A program made the position numbers and the translations under genes. DNA of 63,796 nt from Kiritimatiellia bacterium (GTDB lineage Bacteria > Verrucomicrobiota > Kiritimatiellia > CAIKKV01): positions 1-63,796 of the forward strand of contig JBIIYJ010000003.1 in assembly GCA_044346855.1 (NCBI GenBank). The letters run 5' to 3'. Shown in pieces: positions 18,518 through 26,535 of the stretch. Under the pieces are notes generated by a model that did not search any database, was not told the DNA's origin, and worked only from the letters and a program-made list of their open reading frames with translations. The first letter of the stretch is position 1. Every line of letters begins with the position of its first letter.

Positions 18518-19012
18518 TCAATATGCGATCACGCAACCACGAGGCCATGCTTTCAATGGTTCTGTCCATCCACAGGGAAGACGCCCAACCCGATATATCT
18601 CAAGAAGGCGGGTAAAGAACCTGGGCACCTTTGGAAAGACAGTCGCATATGCGTTTTCCAAAGCTGCTCTGTTAATGTCCAGCAATACACTCTTGCTGAC
18701 ATCCGGAAGACCTGCCTTGGTCATAGCCTCATAGATTAAAAGATGCAGTTCCTCTAGATGAGCGAGCGATTCTTTTGCTAGGTTGTTCCAGTGCCCTCCG
18801 TACGATGCGTAATGATGCTTTGCGAGGTAGCCTGTTAAATCGCCTTGTGCTTCCGTGCGAACATCAGCCCATTGCGGGCTTGATAACAGCAAGAGGGCTT
18901 GTTCTTGAAGTTGGACAAAACGAATATCCGTACTGCCATCTGCAGGCGTCCCGCATCGTGAGAACCATTCGATTGACCGGACATTATCGTAGAATGCCAG
19001 ATTGAGTTTCAT
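18518..19012 (-). CDS. Cytoplasmic 164-aa protein, unknown family (immunity-protein-like by context only)
   Basis: No signal peptide, predicted helical, ends ...VGRLPCGWTEPLKAWPRGCVIAY. Promoter-like module P4 lies upstream. Confidence 0.55.
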   Translation of the reverse strand: MKLNLAFYDNVRSIEWFSRCGTPADGSTDIRFVQLQEQALLLLSSPQWADVRTEAQGDLTGYLAKHHYASYGGHWNNLAKESLAHLEELHLLIYEAMTKAGLPDVSKSVLLDINRAALENAYATVFPKVPRFFTRLLEIYRVGRLPCGWTEPLKAWPRGCVIAY

Positions 19013-19042
19013 TGTGCGGTGTTCCTGAATGCAAACTACCCG

Positions 19043-19071
19043 ATCCTACCGCCCTTTCACCACCAACTCAA
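19043..19071 (-). promoter_or_regulatory. Promoter-like module P4 (TTGAGT-N17-TAGGAT)
   Basis: Minus strand reads gcTTGAGTtggtggtgaaagggcggTAGGATcggg. It lies 31 nt upstream of ATG 19012. Confidence 0.45.
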
Positions 19072-19482
19072 GCCGTATCCCATGCCCCTTGGGGTCCCCC
19101 TGTCCGTCCGCCGAGGGGGTCAGCGGGATCCCCCCCAGGACGCCCACGGCGGGAGGGGCAGTCGGCACCGTCCCGGCCACGGGCGGGATCGCCTTGAAAC
19201 CCGCCCACGGCCCCCGCCAAGGGCGAGATGGGCGGAGGGAGTCCCATGTGCAACAACCGCCCCATGTCTGCCCCACAAGCCCGCCTGAACCCGCCGAGGG
19301 GGGAGCGGGTGGCGGGGAAGACGGTCTCGCAGGAGCTCGACCCTCCGGATGGCAGGCACAGCCGATAGCAAATAGCGGATGGGCACGAATTCCCCCGTTG
19401 ACCGGGAGAGAGGAAGACGGCACTATTCCCGGATTGTGCGGCTCGGTGAGCCAAACGGTTTTCAACGACAGGGCGGGGCAAT

Positions 19483-20427
19483 GTGAAACAGGCGGACGGA
19501 CGGCTCGATCTTGCGCGCATTCCAGCTCCGGTTCTTTTCCGGGGCGACCCCCGGTTCGCTTTCCGCGATCCGGCCGTCCACTATCACGACGGCGTTTTCC
19601 GCCTGTTCTTCACCCTCGTCGAGCGCGAGCCGGACGGCCGGTACTTCCTGTATCTGGCCGCCAGCCGGAGCCGGAACCTGGCGGACTGGACCGAGCCCCG
19701 CCGCCTCACCCCGCGCGACCAAGCCCTCAACTTCTCGAGCCCCGGCAACGTCGTCCGCCACAACGGCCGCTGGGTGCTCTGCCTGCAGACCTACCCCACG
19801 CCCGGCAACGAACTGTACGGCACGGAGGCGGCGCGGCTGTGGACCATGACGAGTTCCGATCTCGACACCTGGGGCGAGCCGGAACTGCTGCGGGTCAAGG
19901 GGCCCGACGTCCCGGTGGCGGAGATGGGACGCATGATCGACCCTTTTCTGATCCGGGACCGGACCGATTCCTCCAAATGGTGGTGCGTCTACAAGCAGAA
20001 CGGGATGAGCCGCTCCTGGAGCCGCGATCTGGCAAGTTGGACCTGGGCCGGCTCCGCCCGGGCGGGCGAGAACGCCTGCCTCCTGGACGGGGGCGAAGAC
20101 TACCTGCTGTTCCATTCGCCCGCCAACGGGATCGGGCTCAAGCGGTCGCGCGATTTGGTCGAATGGCAGGACGAAGGACTGCTCGATCTTCCACAGGCGC
20201 AATGGCCCTGGGCCGGCGGCCGGTTGACCGCGGGATTCGTGCTCGATATGCGGGCTCATCCGGACCTCGGCTGTTACCTGCTCTTCTTCCACGGTACGCC
20301 CAAGGCGGCGACCGCCTCGCGCGAGACCCACGGCGAGGCGAGCCTGGCTCTGGCCTGGAGCCGGGACCTGAAGCGGTGGCGCTGGCCGGGCGACGGGGCC
20401 GGGGATTCCGGGAGGGTGACCGTATGA
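19483..20427 (+). CDS. Five-bladed beta-propeller glycoside-hydrolase-like protein (GH43/GH130-like)
   Basis: GTG start. FRDPAVHYHDGVFRLFFT, MIDPFLIRD and DYLLFHSP repeats are typical of GH43-type propellers. Confidence 0.5.
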   Translation: MKQADGRLDLARIPAPVLFRGDPRFAFRDPAVHYHDGVFRLFFTLVEREPDGRYFLYLAASRSRNLADWTEPRRLTPRDQALNFSSPGNVVRHNGRWVLCLQTYPTPGNELYGTEAARLWTMTSSDLDTWGEPELLRVKGPDVPVAEMGRMIDPFLIRDRTDSSKWWCVYKQNGMSRSWSRDLASWTWAGSARAGENACLLDGGEDYLLFHSPANGIGLKRSRDLVEWQDEGLLDLPQAQWPWAGGRLTAGFVLDMRAHPDLGCYLLFFHGTPKAATASRETHGEASLALAWSRDLKRWRWPGDGAGDSGRVTV

Positions 20428-21572
20428 AAAAGGGAATGCAGGCCGGCCGCGCGACCCTGCTGCTGGGCGGGGATGTCTGCCCCATCGGCCGGTACGAGAA
20501 GAAGATCCTTGCCGGGGAGCCGGTTTTCGACGACGCCCTGCTGGAGGCTTTCCGGCAAAGCGATTTTTCCATCGTCAACCTGGAGGCCCCGCTCTGCGCC
20601 GCGGGGCTGCCGTGCGGCAATCCCGGCGAATCGGGGCTGAAGGCGGATCCGGAAATCGCCGCCTTCCTGAAGCGGATCGGGGTTACCGCCGCGGGGCTGG
20701 CCAACAACCACATCCGGGATTTCGGCGATGAAGGGGTCCGGCAGACCGCACAGGCCCTTGAGCGGAACGGTGTTCTCCATACCGGGGCGGGGGCCAACCT
20801 GGCTGAGGCGCAGAAGCCGCTCGCCGTGACGGTCAACGGACTCCGGCTCGGGATCTGGGCGCTCGCCGAGAGGGAGTTGAATGTGGCGACCGGAACAAAG
20901 GCCGGCTCGTCCTGGTTCAGGCCGGAAGAGGATGTCCACGCCATCCGGGAGATGCGGCCGCGCTTCGACTTCCTCCTGGTGTATGTCCACGCCGGCCACG
21001 AGTTCATGGGGACGCCCTCGCCCCGCATCCGGGCCGCGTACCGGAGCCTCGTGGAAGCCGGCGCCGATGCCGTCATCGGGCACCATCCGCACGTCATGCA
21101 GGGGGCCGAGACCTGGAAGAACGGCCTGATCGCCTACAGCCTCGGAAACCTGGTTTTCGACAGCCCCTACGTGTCCGCCCAGCCCGACACCGATTCGGGC
21201 TGCCTGCTCCGCCTGGAGATAGCCCCCCGCAGGATCGTGGAGGCGGAGTTCATCCCTTACACATTAAGGGACGCCACCCGGGTCACGGTTTTGGAGGGCG
21301 CCGGGCGCGAGGCCTTCATGAGCCGGTTCCGGGCGCTTTCGGAGCTGCTCGCGGACGACAGCCGGTTCGATCTGGAATGGGAACAGAACGTGAAGGCCCG
21401 CTGGCAGTCGGCGTACAAGCACGTCGTGGAGGCCTTTTCGGCCACGATCCGGGACCCGGCGAAAATCAGCTTTCCGAGGCGGGCGAAAAACCTGATCACT
21501 TGTCCAACCCACGTCGAACTGCTGGCCAAGGCGTTCGAGCTGATGGAAGAGGGCAAGATACCGAGGGGGTGA
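20424..21572 (+). CDS. CapA/PgsA-family metallophosphoesterase-like protein
   Basis: ATG 20424 overlaps the upstream stop (ATGA). Motifs NLEAP, ANNHIRDFG, VYVHAGHE and IGHHPHV. The N-terminal 465 aa of track ORF 19029..21572 is not coding. Confidence 0.8.
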   Translation: MKKGMQAGRATLLLGGDVCPIGRYEKKILAGEPVFDDALLEAFRQSDFSIVNLEAPLCAAGLPCGNPGESGLKADPEIAAFLKRIGVTAAGLANNHIRDFGDEGVRQTAQALERNGVLHTGAGANLAEAQKPLAVTVNGLRLGIWALAERELNVATGTKAGSSWFRPEEDVHAIREMRPRFDFLLVYVHAGHEFMGTPSPRIRAAYRSLVEAGADAVIGHHPHVMQGAETWKNGLIAYSLGNLVFDSPYVSAQPDTDSGCLLRLEIAPRRIVEAEFIPYTLRDATRVTVLEGAGREAFMSRFRALSELLADDSRFDLEWEQNVKARWQSAYKHVVEAFSATIRDPAKISFPRRAKNLITCPTHVELLAKAFELMEEGKIPRG

Positions 21573-21580
21573 GGCCCCCT

Positions 21581-21598
21581 GTAATCGTAATCGTAATC
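21581..21598. repeat. (GTAATC)x3 tandem repeat, an imperfect reverse complement of the downstream hexamer array
   Basis: gtaatcgtaatcgtaatc starts 9 nt after the CapA-like stop codon. Confidence 0.9.
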
Positions 21599-21654
21599 TT
21601 GCTTTCACGCCGTTTAATCGATATATGGAAAACGAGTGCGGGGCAGGGGCGAAG

Positions 21655-21704
21655 AGGATTAGGATTAGGATTAAGATTAAGATTAGGATTAAGATTAAGA
21701 GATT
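21655..21704 (+). repeat. Hexamer array (ARGATT)x7 plus a variant unit, abutting the G-rich RBS of the next gene
   Basis: aggatt aggatt aggatt aagatt aagatt aggatt aagatt aagagatt, then gggggacaccATG (21715). Confidence 0.95.
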
Positions 21705-21714
21705 GGGGGACACC

Positions 21715-22467
21715 ATGAAAGTATCCGTTTGTGCCGATATGTTGTTCAGCGATATGCCGACTGCGGCCGCCATGGAGAAGATCAAGGCTGCCGGTGCGGA
21801 CGCGGTGGAGTTCTGGAAGGCGGCGGGCAAGGATCTTGGCGCCATTGCGGAGGCCGGCAAGCGGCTCGGGTTGCCTGTTTCCGTTTTCTGCTCGCCCATG
21901 ATGCCCCTCGTGGCGGCCGACTCCGCCGTCAAGTATCCCGAGGCGCTGAAGGAGCTGGTGCCGGCGTGCGACAAGCTCGGCTGCCGCACGCTCATCGCCA
22001 CCAGCGGCATTCCGCAGGGCGGGCTGACGCCGTCGCAGATGCACGACAATCTCCGCGCCGCGATCGAGGCGGCCGTGCCGGTGGCGGAGGCGCACGACCT
22101 GATCCTGGTGCTGGAGCCCCTGAATGCCTCCGAGCTGAGCTACCTGCGAAGCAGCCGCGAGGCGTTCGACCTCTGCCGGATGATCAACAGCCCGCGGGTC
22201 AAGGTGCTCTACGACCTGTACCACATGCAGTACATGGAGGGGAATCTCATCAACACCATCCGGGCCAACCTGCCGCTGATCGGCCATTTCCACGCGGCCG
22301 ACCTGCCGGCGCGCACGGCCCCGGGGCAGGGGGAGATCAACTTCCCGAATATCGCCCGGTTCCTGGCCGGCAGCGGCTACGCCCATTATTTCGGGCTCGA
22401 ATACAGGCCCGGCCCCGACCGGGACGGCGAACTGAAGGCTGTGATCAGCCAACTGAAGCGGGCCTGA
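21715..22467 (+). CDS. Hydroxypyruvate isomerase-family (Hyi/OtnI-like) xylose-isomerase-fold TIM-barrel protein
   Basis: Start at MKVSVCADMLF. VLEPLN, VKVLYDLYHMQYMEGNL and IGHFHAADLPARTAPGQGEINF closely follow the Hyi-family pattern. Confidence 0.8.
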   Translation: MKVSVCADMLFSDMPTAAAMEKIKAAGADAVEFWKAAGKDLGAIAEAGKRLGLPVSVFCSPMMPLVAADSAVKYPEALKELVPACDKLGCRTLIATSGIPQGGLTPSQMHDNLRAAIEAAVPVAEAHDLILVLEPLNASELSYLRSSREAFDLCRMINSPRVKVLYDLYHMQYMEGNLINTIRANLPLIGHFHAADLPARTAPGQGEINFPNIARFLAGSGYAHYFGLEYRPGPDRDGELKAVISQLKRA

Positions 22468-23510
22468 TGAAACTCGTACCGCCTCCCGCCCTTGACTTGG
22501 GCGGGCTGACCGACTGCCTGCTGCGGCGCGGAACGCCCGCGCGGGTCTTCTCGTTCGAGCACAGCGTGGCCGACTCCATGAAGGCCGCGCTGATCAAGCG
22601 TTTCGCCCTTGGCGCGCCCGCCCCGGCCTCCGACGTGGAGCGGACCGGCCGGAACGAGATCGCCCTGCAGCGCTTCCTGGGCCAGGAACTGCTGCGCCTG
22701 CGGCTTACGGGCGGGCGGGTCGTCCACGCCATGCCCAGGAAGGCGGGTCAGTGGGAAAACGAGCATGCGGGGTGCATCCAGTCGATGGCCGACTTCGACC
22801 GCTTTCCCTGGCCTTCGGTCGACGGCATCGACTTCCGGCAGCTCGACTGGTTCGAGCGGAACCTGCCCGACAACCTGGGCGTCATCGCGACGGTCCACGT
22901 CTGGGAGGACATCCGCGCCCTCTTCGGCTACGAGACCTTCTGCTACAAGCTGTACGAGGAGCCGGAGCTGGTCGAGGCGGTGGCTCGCAAGGTGGGGGAG
23001 TTCAACCTGGCCCTGGCCCGCGCGCTCGGCGGCTACAAGCGGGTTTACGCCGTCTACGGCGCAGATGATTTTGGGTACAAGAGCGGACTCATGGTCCCGC
23101 CCGCCGACCTGCGGCGGCTGGTGCTGCGGTGGCACAGGGCGATCTCGGAGCAGGCGCACGCGGACGGGAAGCTGTACCTGCTGCACGCCTGCGGGAACCT
23201 GCGGGAGATCATGGACGAGCTGATCGACGAGGTGAAGATCGACGCCAAGCATTCCTTCGAGGACGTGATCATGCCGGTGACGGAGGCCAAGCGGATCTAC
23301 GGGGGGCGGGTGTCGCTGCTGGGCGGGCTGGACGTCGACCTGGTCGCGCGGGCGGGCGAGGCGATCATCCGCGGCAAGGTGCGCGAGGTGCTGACGGTGT
23401 GCCAGCCCGGGGGCGGGTATTGTCTGGGGCTTGGCAACTGGGTGACCGACTACATCCCCATCGACAGCTATCTGGCGGTGCTCGACGAAGGCCGCCGCTT
23501 CGCCGGGTGA
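22467..23510 (+). CDS. URO-D-like family protein
   Basis: The ATG shares 1 nt with the upstream TGA. GADDFGYKSGLMVPPADLRR...LYLLHACGNLREIMDELI...GGYCLGLGNWVTDYIPIDSY. Confidence 0.65.
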   Translation: MKLVPPPALDLGGLTDCLLRRGTPARVFSFEHSVADSMKAALIKRFALGAPAPASDVERTGRNEIALQRFLGQELLRLRLTGGRVVHAMPRKAGQWENEHAGCIQSMADFDRFPWPSVDGIDFRQLDWFERNLPDNLGVIATVHVWEDIRALFGYETFCYKLYEEPELVEAVARKVGEFNLALARALGGYKRVYAVYGADDFGYKSGLMVPPADLRRLVLRWHRAISEQAHADGKLYLLHACGNLREIMDELIDEVKIDAKHSFEDVIMPVTEAKRIYGGRVSLLGGLDVDLVARAGEAIIRGKVREVLTVCQPGGGYCLGLGNWVTDYIPIDSYLAVLDEGRRFAG

Positions 23511-23513
23511 CGG

Positions 23514-24566
23514 TTAAGTCAGTTTCCCGTCCAGCAGCGGCTCGAGGTGGTGGAAATAGCATTCCGCGATCAGCTGGGAGCCGTAGGCGTTGGGGTGGAT
23601 GTCGCCCTTCAGTCCGTCGGGGTTTCCGGGCGGATTGGCGGTTCTCCGCATTCCGATCTTGTGGCCCGGGTCGTTGTGCCAGTCCCAGTCGCCCGCTTTC
23701 GCCCGGTCGCGCATGACAGCGTCAAGGTCGATCAGGGGCAGCTTCCGCTCGGCAGCCACGGCGCGGGACTGGTTGTTGAACACCTCGGTTCCGGCGGCCG
23801 GAATGGTTGTTGAAATAACGAGCTGCGCCTTGGGGAAGCGGCGCTGGATCCGGTCGCAGGCCTCGTGCAGGAGGGGGCCGAAGGTCTCGGGCTTGAGTTT
23901 CGGGTTCCGGTCGTTGAGCCCGTAGCGGATCATGGCGATGTCGCACCGGGGAAGGGCGGCCAGCTCGCGGTCGAGGCGGCCGGACGCCAGCAGGCGCGTC
24001 AGCGTTTCCCCGCCCTCGGCGAGGCCGTGCACGTCGATCCGGCTAGTGGCGAAGCGGTCCCGCAGCAGCAGTTCCAGCCTGCGGGTCAGGCGGTGCTCGT
24101 AGGGCAGGTAGCAGGTCATGTCCGTGCTGTCGCCGAAGACGGCCACCACGGCGTCGGCATCGTCCGGCCAGGGCGGCAGGGCCTCCACCTTCAGGTTGCG
24201 GATAAGGAGGCGCCCCTTCGCGTGGAAGCGGACGTGCAGCTCGGCCGTGCGCAGGTCGCCGCGGGCCCGGGCGTCGCAGCTGAGCGTGCGCCAGGGCGCG
24301 GTGCCGGTGTCCGGGTAGAGGAACATATCCCAGAACACGGGGCCGTCGGCGTATTCCAGGTTGAAGAAGATCGCGCAGGCCATGCCCGGGACGCCGGTGA
24401 CGCCTTCCGTGCGGACCTCGGCCGAGATGCGGACGGGGCCCGCGGCGGGGCCGGCCACGGGGAGTCGTCGGATCACGTCGGGCAGCGCCAGGTTAGCGGC
24501 CGGGTTGGCGAGGTCGAGCGGTTCGGTCAGTTCGGCCAGGAGGCGGGGGGCGGACTGTTCGGGCAT
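23514..24566 (-). CDS. SGNH/GDSL hydrolase with an N-terminal beta-sandwich-like domain
   Basis: Block I VAVFGDSTD, block III GLNDRN and block V GDIHPNAYG. Confidence 0.7.
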   Translation of the reverse strand: MPEQSAPRLLAELTEPLDLANPAANLALPDVIRRLPVAGPAAGPVRISAEVRTEGVTGVPGMACAIFFNLEYADGPVFWDMFLYPDTGTAPWRTLSCDARARGDLRTAELHVRFHAKGRLLIRNLKVEALPPWPDDADAVVAVFGDSTDMTCYLPYEHRLTRRLELLLRDRFATSRIDVHGLAEGGETLTRLLASGRLDRELAALPRCDIAMIRYGLNDRNPKLKPETFGPLLHEACDRIQRRFPKAQLVISTTIPAAGTEVFNNQSRAVAAERKLPLIDLDAVMRDRAKAGDWDWHNDPGHKIGMRRTANPPGNPDGLKGDIHPNAYGSQLIAECYFHHLEPLLDGKLT

Positions 24567-24588
24567 GGGGTGGGGGCTCCGGGAGGGG

Positions 24589-25461
24589 TCAGGCGAGTTT
24601 GCCGGCTCGGGGTTGGCAGGCGTGGCGGTCGTGCAGGTCGACGATGGCGCGGATGACGGGATCCGCCGAATCGCGGCCCGAGACGGTGAGGAGGTCGCAG
24701 ACGCGGAAGCCGGCGGATTTCTTCCGGTAGTCTTCCAGCCAGGCGTTTTTCCGGTCCGCTGACTCCTGGTGGCGGACCGGGAACAGGGCGGGGTAGGCCG
24801 GCACGCCGCAGCGCCAGGGCTTGGGGGAGAGGCGGGCGCGGAACGACTCCTGTTTCCGGGTCAGGCGGATGTAGAGCGCGTCGCTGCCCAGTTCGCGGAG
24901 CAGGCCGAGGGATTCCTCGCCGGTCGGCTGGTAGGTCCGGTCGGTGAACAGCAGGCGCAGGCCGGCGGCGGTGCGGTAGAGGCGCACGCCGCGTTGGGGG
25001 TGGTTGAGTATCCAGGTCTTGATGCCGGAGAGGGTGGCTTGGCGGGTTTCCTCCTCGCGCTGCTGCTTGCGTTCGGGGGAGAACAGCATGAGGAAGGCGT
25101 CGAGGAAGCCCCGGGCTTTGGCCGGGGGGAAATCGACATCGGCGAAGAGGACCCCGGCGGTGTTGAGGATGAGCGACCCGTACCGGTTGCGGGTGATGGC
25201 GGCGGTGGGCTGGTCGGCCGGGCCGATTTCCTCGAGGACTTCCTCGCGGATGGGCATGTCGAGGTAGTCGTATTCGGCGGCGTGGCGGCGGTCGTGGTTT
25301 TTCAGGAACCGCTCCAGCGCCTGCCGGGCCCGGCTGAGCCCGATTTTTTCCGCCTCCGCCTCGCTGACGCGCGACCAGCCCCAGGCTTCAAAGCGCACGG
25401 GCTTCCCCCGCGGGTCGGGGGAGGCGCAGGCGACTTTTGTCCAGAAGCGCGGCAGGCGCAT
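24589..25461 (-). CDS. Hypothetical protein (290 aa), no family recognised
   Basis: ATG 25461 (MRLPRFWTKV...) is preferred over the TTG at 25518. Motifs VLFADVDF, YRTAAGLRLLF and FRARLSPKPWR. Confidence 0.5.
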   Translation of the reverse strand: MRLPRFWTKVACASPDPRGKPVRFEAWGWSRVSEAEAEKIGLSRARQALERFLKNHDRRHAAEYDYLDMPIREEVLEEIGPADQPTAAITRNRYGSLILNTAGVLFADVDFPPAKARGFLDAFLMLFSPERKQQREEETRQATLSGIKTWILNHPQRGVRLYRTAAGLRLLFTDRTYQPTGEESLGLLRELGSDALYIRLTRKQESFRARLSPKPWRCGVPAYPALFPVRHQESADRKNAWLEDYRKKSAGFRVCDLLTVSGRDSADPVIRAIVDLHDRHACQPRAGKLA

Positions 25462-25765
25462 GAAGTCCTCGCAGGTTGATGCAGGGGGCAGTATGGCGGC
25501 TTGGTGCAAGGCTGTCAATCGGGGATGGCGCAGAACAATTTCAGGGAAGATGACAGGATTTACTGGACACCGGCCCTGAATTTCGGTCTCATGGAGTCGA
25601 AATGATTCCAGACCGGAGCCGCGCAGGTTTTCCGCGCCGGAAACGGAACGGGGACATCGGCCGGGCGGTCGCGGCGAACGGCGCCGATTGCGATCCGCGA
25701 TGTCCAGGGGTCTTGGGACGCCCGGGGAGTTGCGCCGTCACGGGGAACGCTAGAAGAAAAGGGGA

Positions 25766-26413
25766 ATGAGCATGATTCAGCCGAACAATGTGATTCTGTT
25801 CCAGGGAGATTCGATCACGAACGCCTTCCGCAAGCCGGAAGAGGCGTGCAACGCCTACCAGCTGGGGGCGGGCTACGCCATGATGGTGGCGGCGCAGATC
25901 CTGGCGGCGCGGCCCGCGGACGGCCTGACCTTCCTGAACCGCGGCGTGAGCGGCGAGGGCGTGCAGGGCCTCCGCAAGCGCTGGCAGGCGGATTGCATCG
26001 ACCTGAAGCCCGACGTGCTGAGCCTCCTGGTGGGGGTGAACGACTCCCGGCCCACGAAGGCCGAGCCGTTTCTCGACGTGGCCGAATTCGAAACGCAGTA
26101 CCGCGACCTGCTGCAGGTCACGCGCGACGCGCTGCCGAAGGTGACCCTGGTCCTGTGCGAGCCCTTCATCCTGCCGTGCGGCGAGGTGCAGGCCCGGGCC
26201 GCCGAGGATATCGCCGCCCGCGGCGAGGCCGTGAACCGGCTGGCCGATGAGTTCGATGCGGCTGTCGTGCCCCTCCAGGACGTCTTCGCGGCGGCCCTGA
26301 CGAAGGCGCCGGCCGAGTACTGGGCTTTCGACGGCATCCATCCGACCGCCCAGGGCCACTGGCTGATCGCCAAGGCCTGGCTGAAGGCCACGGGACTCGA
26401 CAAGGCGAAGTAA
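25766..26413 (+). CDS. SGNH/GDSL-family lipase/acylhydrolase
   Basis: ILFQGDSIT, RGVSGE, GVND and DGIHPT blocks. AAAAGGGGA SD. Confidence 0.85.
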   Translation: MSMIQPNNVILFQGDSITNAFRKPEEACNAYQLGAGYAMMVAAQILAARPADGLTFLNRGVSGEGVQGLRKRWQADCIDLKPDVLSLLVGVNDSRPTKAEPFLDVAEFETQYRDLLQVTRDALPKVTLVLCEPFILPCGEVQARAAEDIAARGEAVNRLADEFDAAVVPLQDVFAAALTKAPAEYWAFDGIHPTAQGHWLIAKAWLKATGLDKAK

Positions 26414-26470
26414 GTCTTGCCGGGCCGATGCGCCGTCGGGTGACGCCTGGATCAGCCGCGAGCGAACGCG

Positions 26471-26505
26471 AAGAACACAAGGATCAACAGTCTTTGTGTT
26501 CTTTT
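26471..26505 (+). terminator. Hairpin with short T-tail after the SGNH gene
   Basis: aagaacacaa / ttgtgttctt form a 10-bp stem with a 13-nt loop, followed by tt. Confidence 0.45.
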
Positions 26506-26535
26506 GCCGGCCAACCATAGAGCACGCGAGGATGA

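Larger units (their letters stand above)
14646..19012. other. Low-GC island: array of seven small same-strand ORFs with reused 5' modules
   Basis: Hand counts of single lines give 40-47% GC inside the ORFs against 60-78% in flanking genes. All ORFs are on the minus strand. No recombinase or tRNA is seen at the edges. Confidence 0.7.

Noticed and set aside
14646-19482. Integron-type gene cassettes with attC sites.
   Set aside because: There is no intI-like recombinase. The spacers lack RYYYAAC...GTTRRRY core sites. The conserved element sits at the 5' side of the ORFs and looks like a -35/-10 promoter.
19029-21572. An 847-aa ORF in the track.
   Set aside because: The first ~465 aa cover non-coding repeats and an alternative frame of the GH43-like gene. 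The CapA-like protein begins at ATG 20424.
21581-21704. The short repeat arrays here, at 53074-53097 and at 31812-31978 as a CRISPR array, telomere-like repeats or Fur boxes.
   Set aside because: The units are only 6-9 nt with no spacers, so this is not CRISPR. The context is chromosomal and intergenic, so these are not telomeres. The unit GATTAR differs from the Fur hexamer GATAAT, which I mention only as an analogy.
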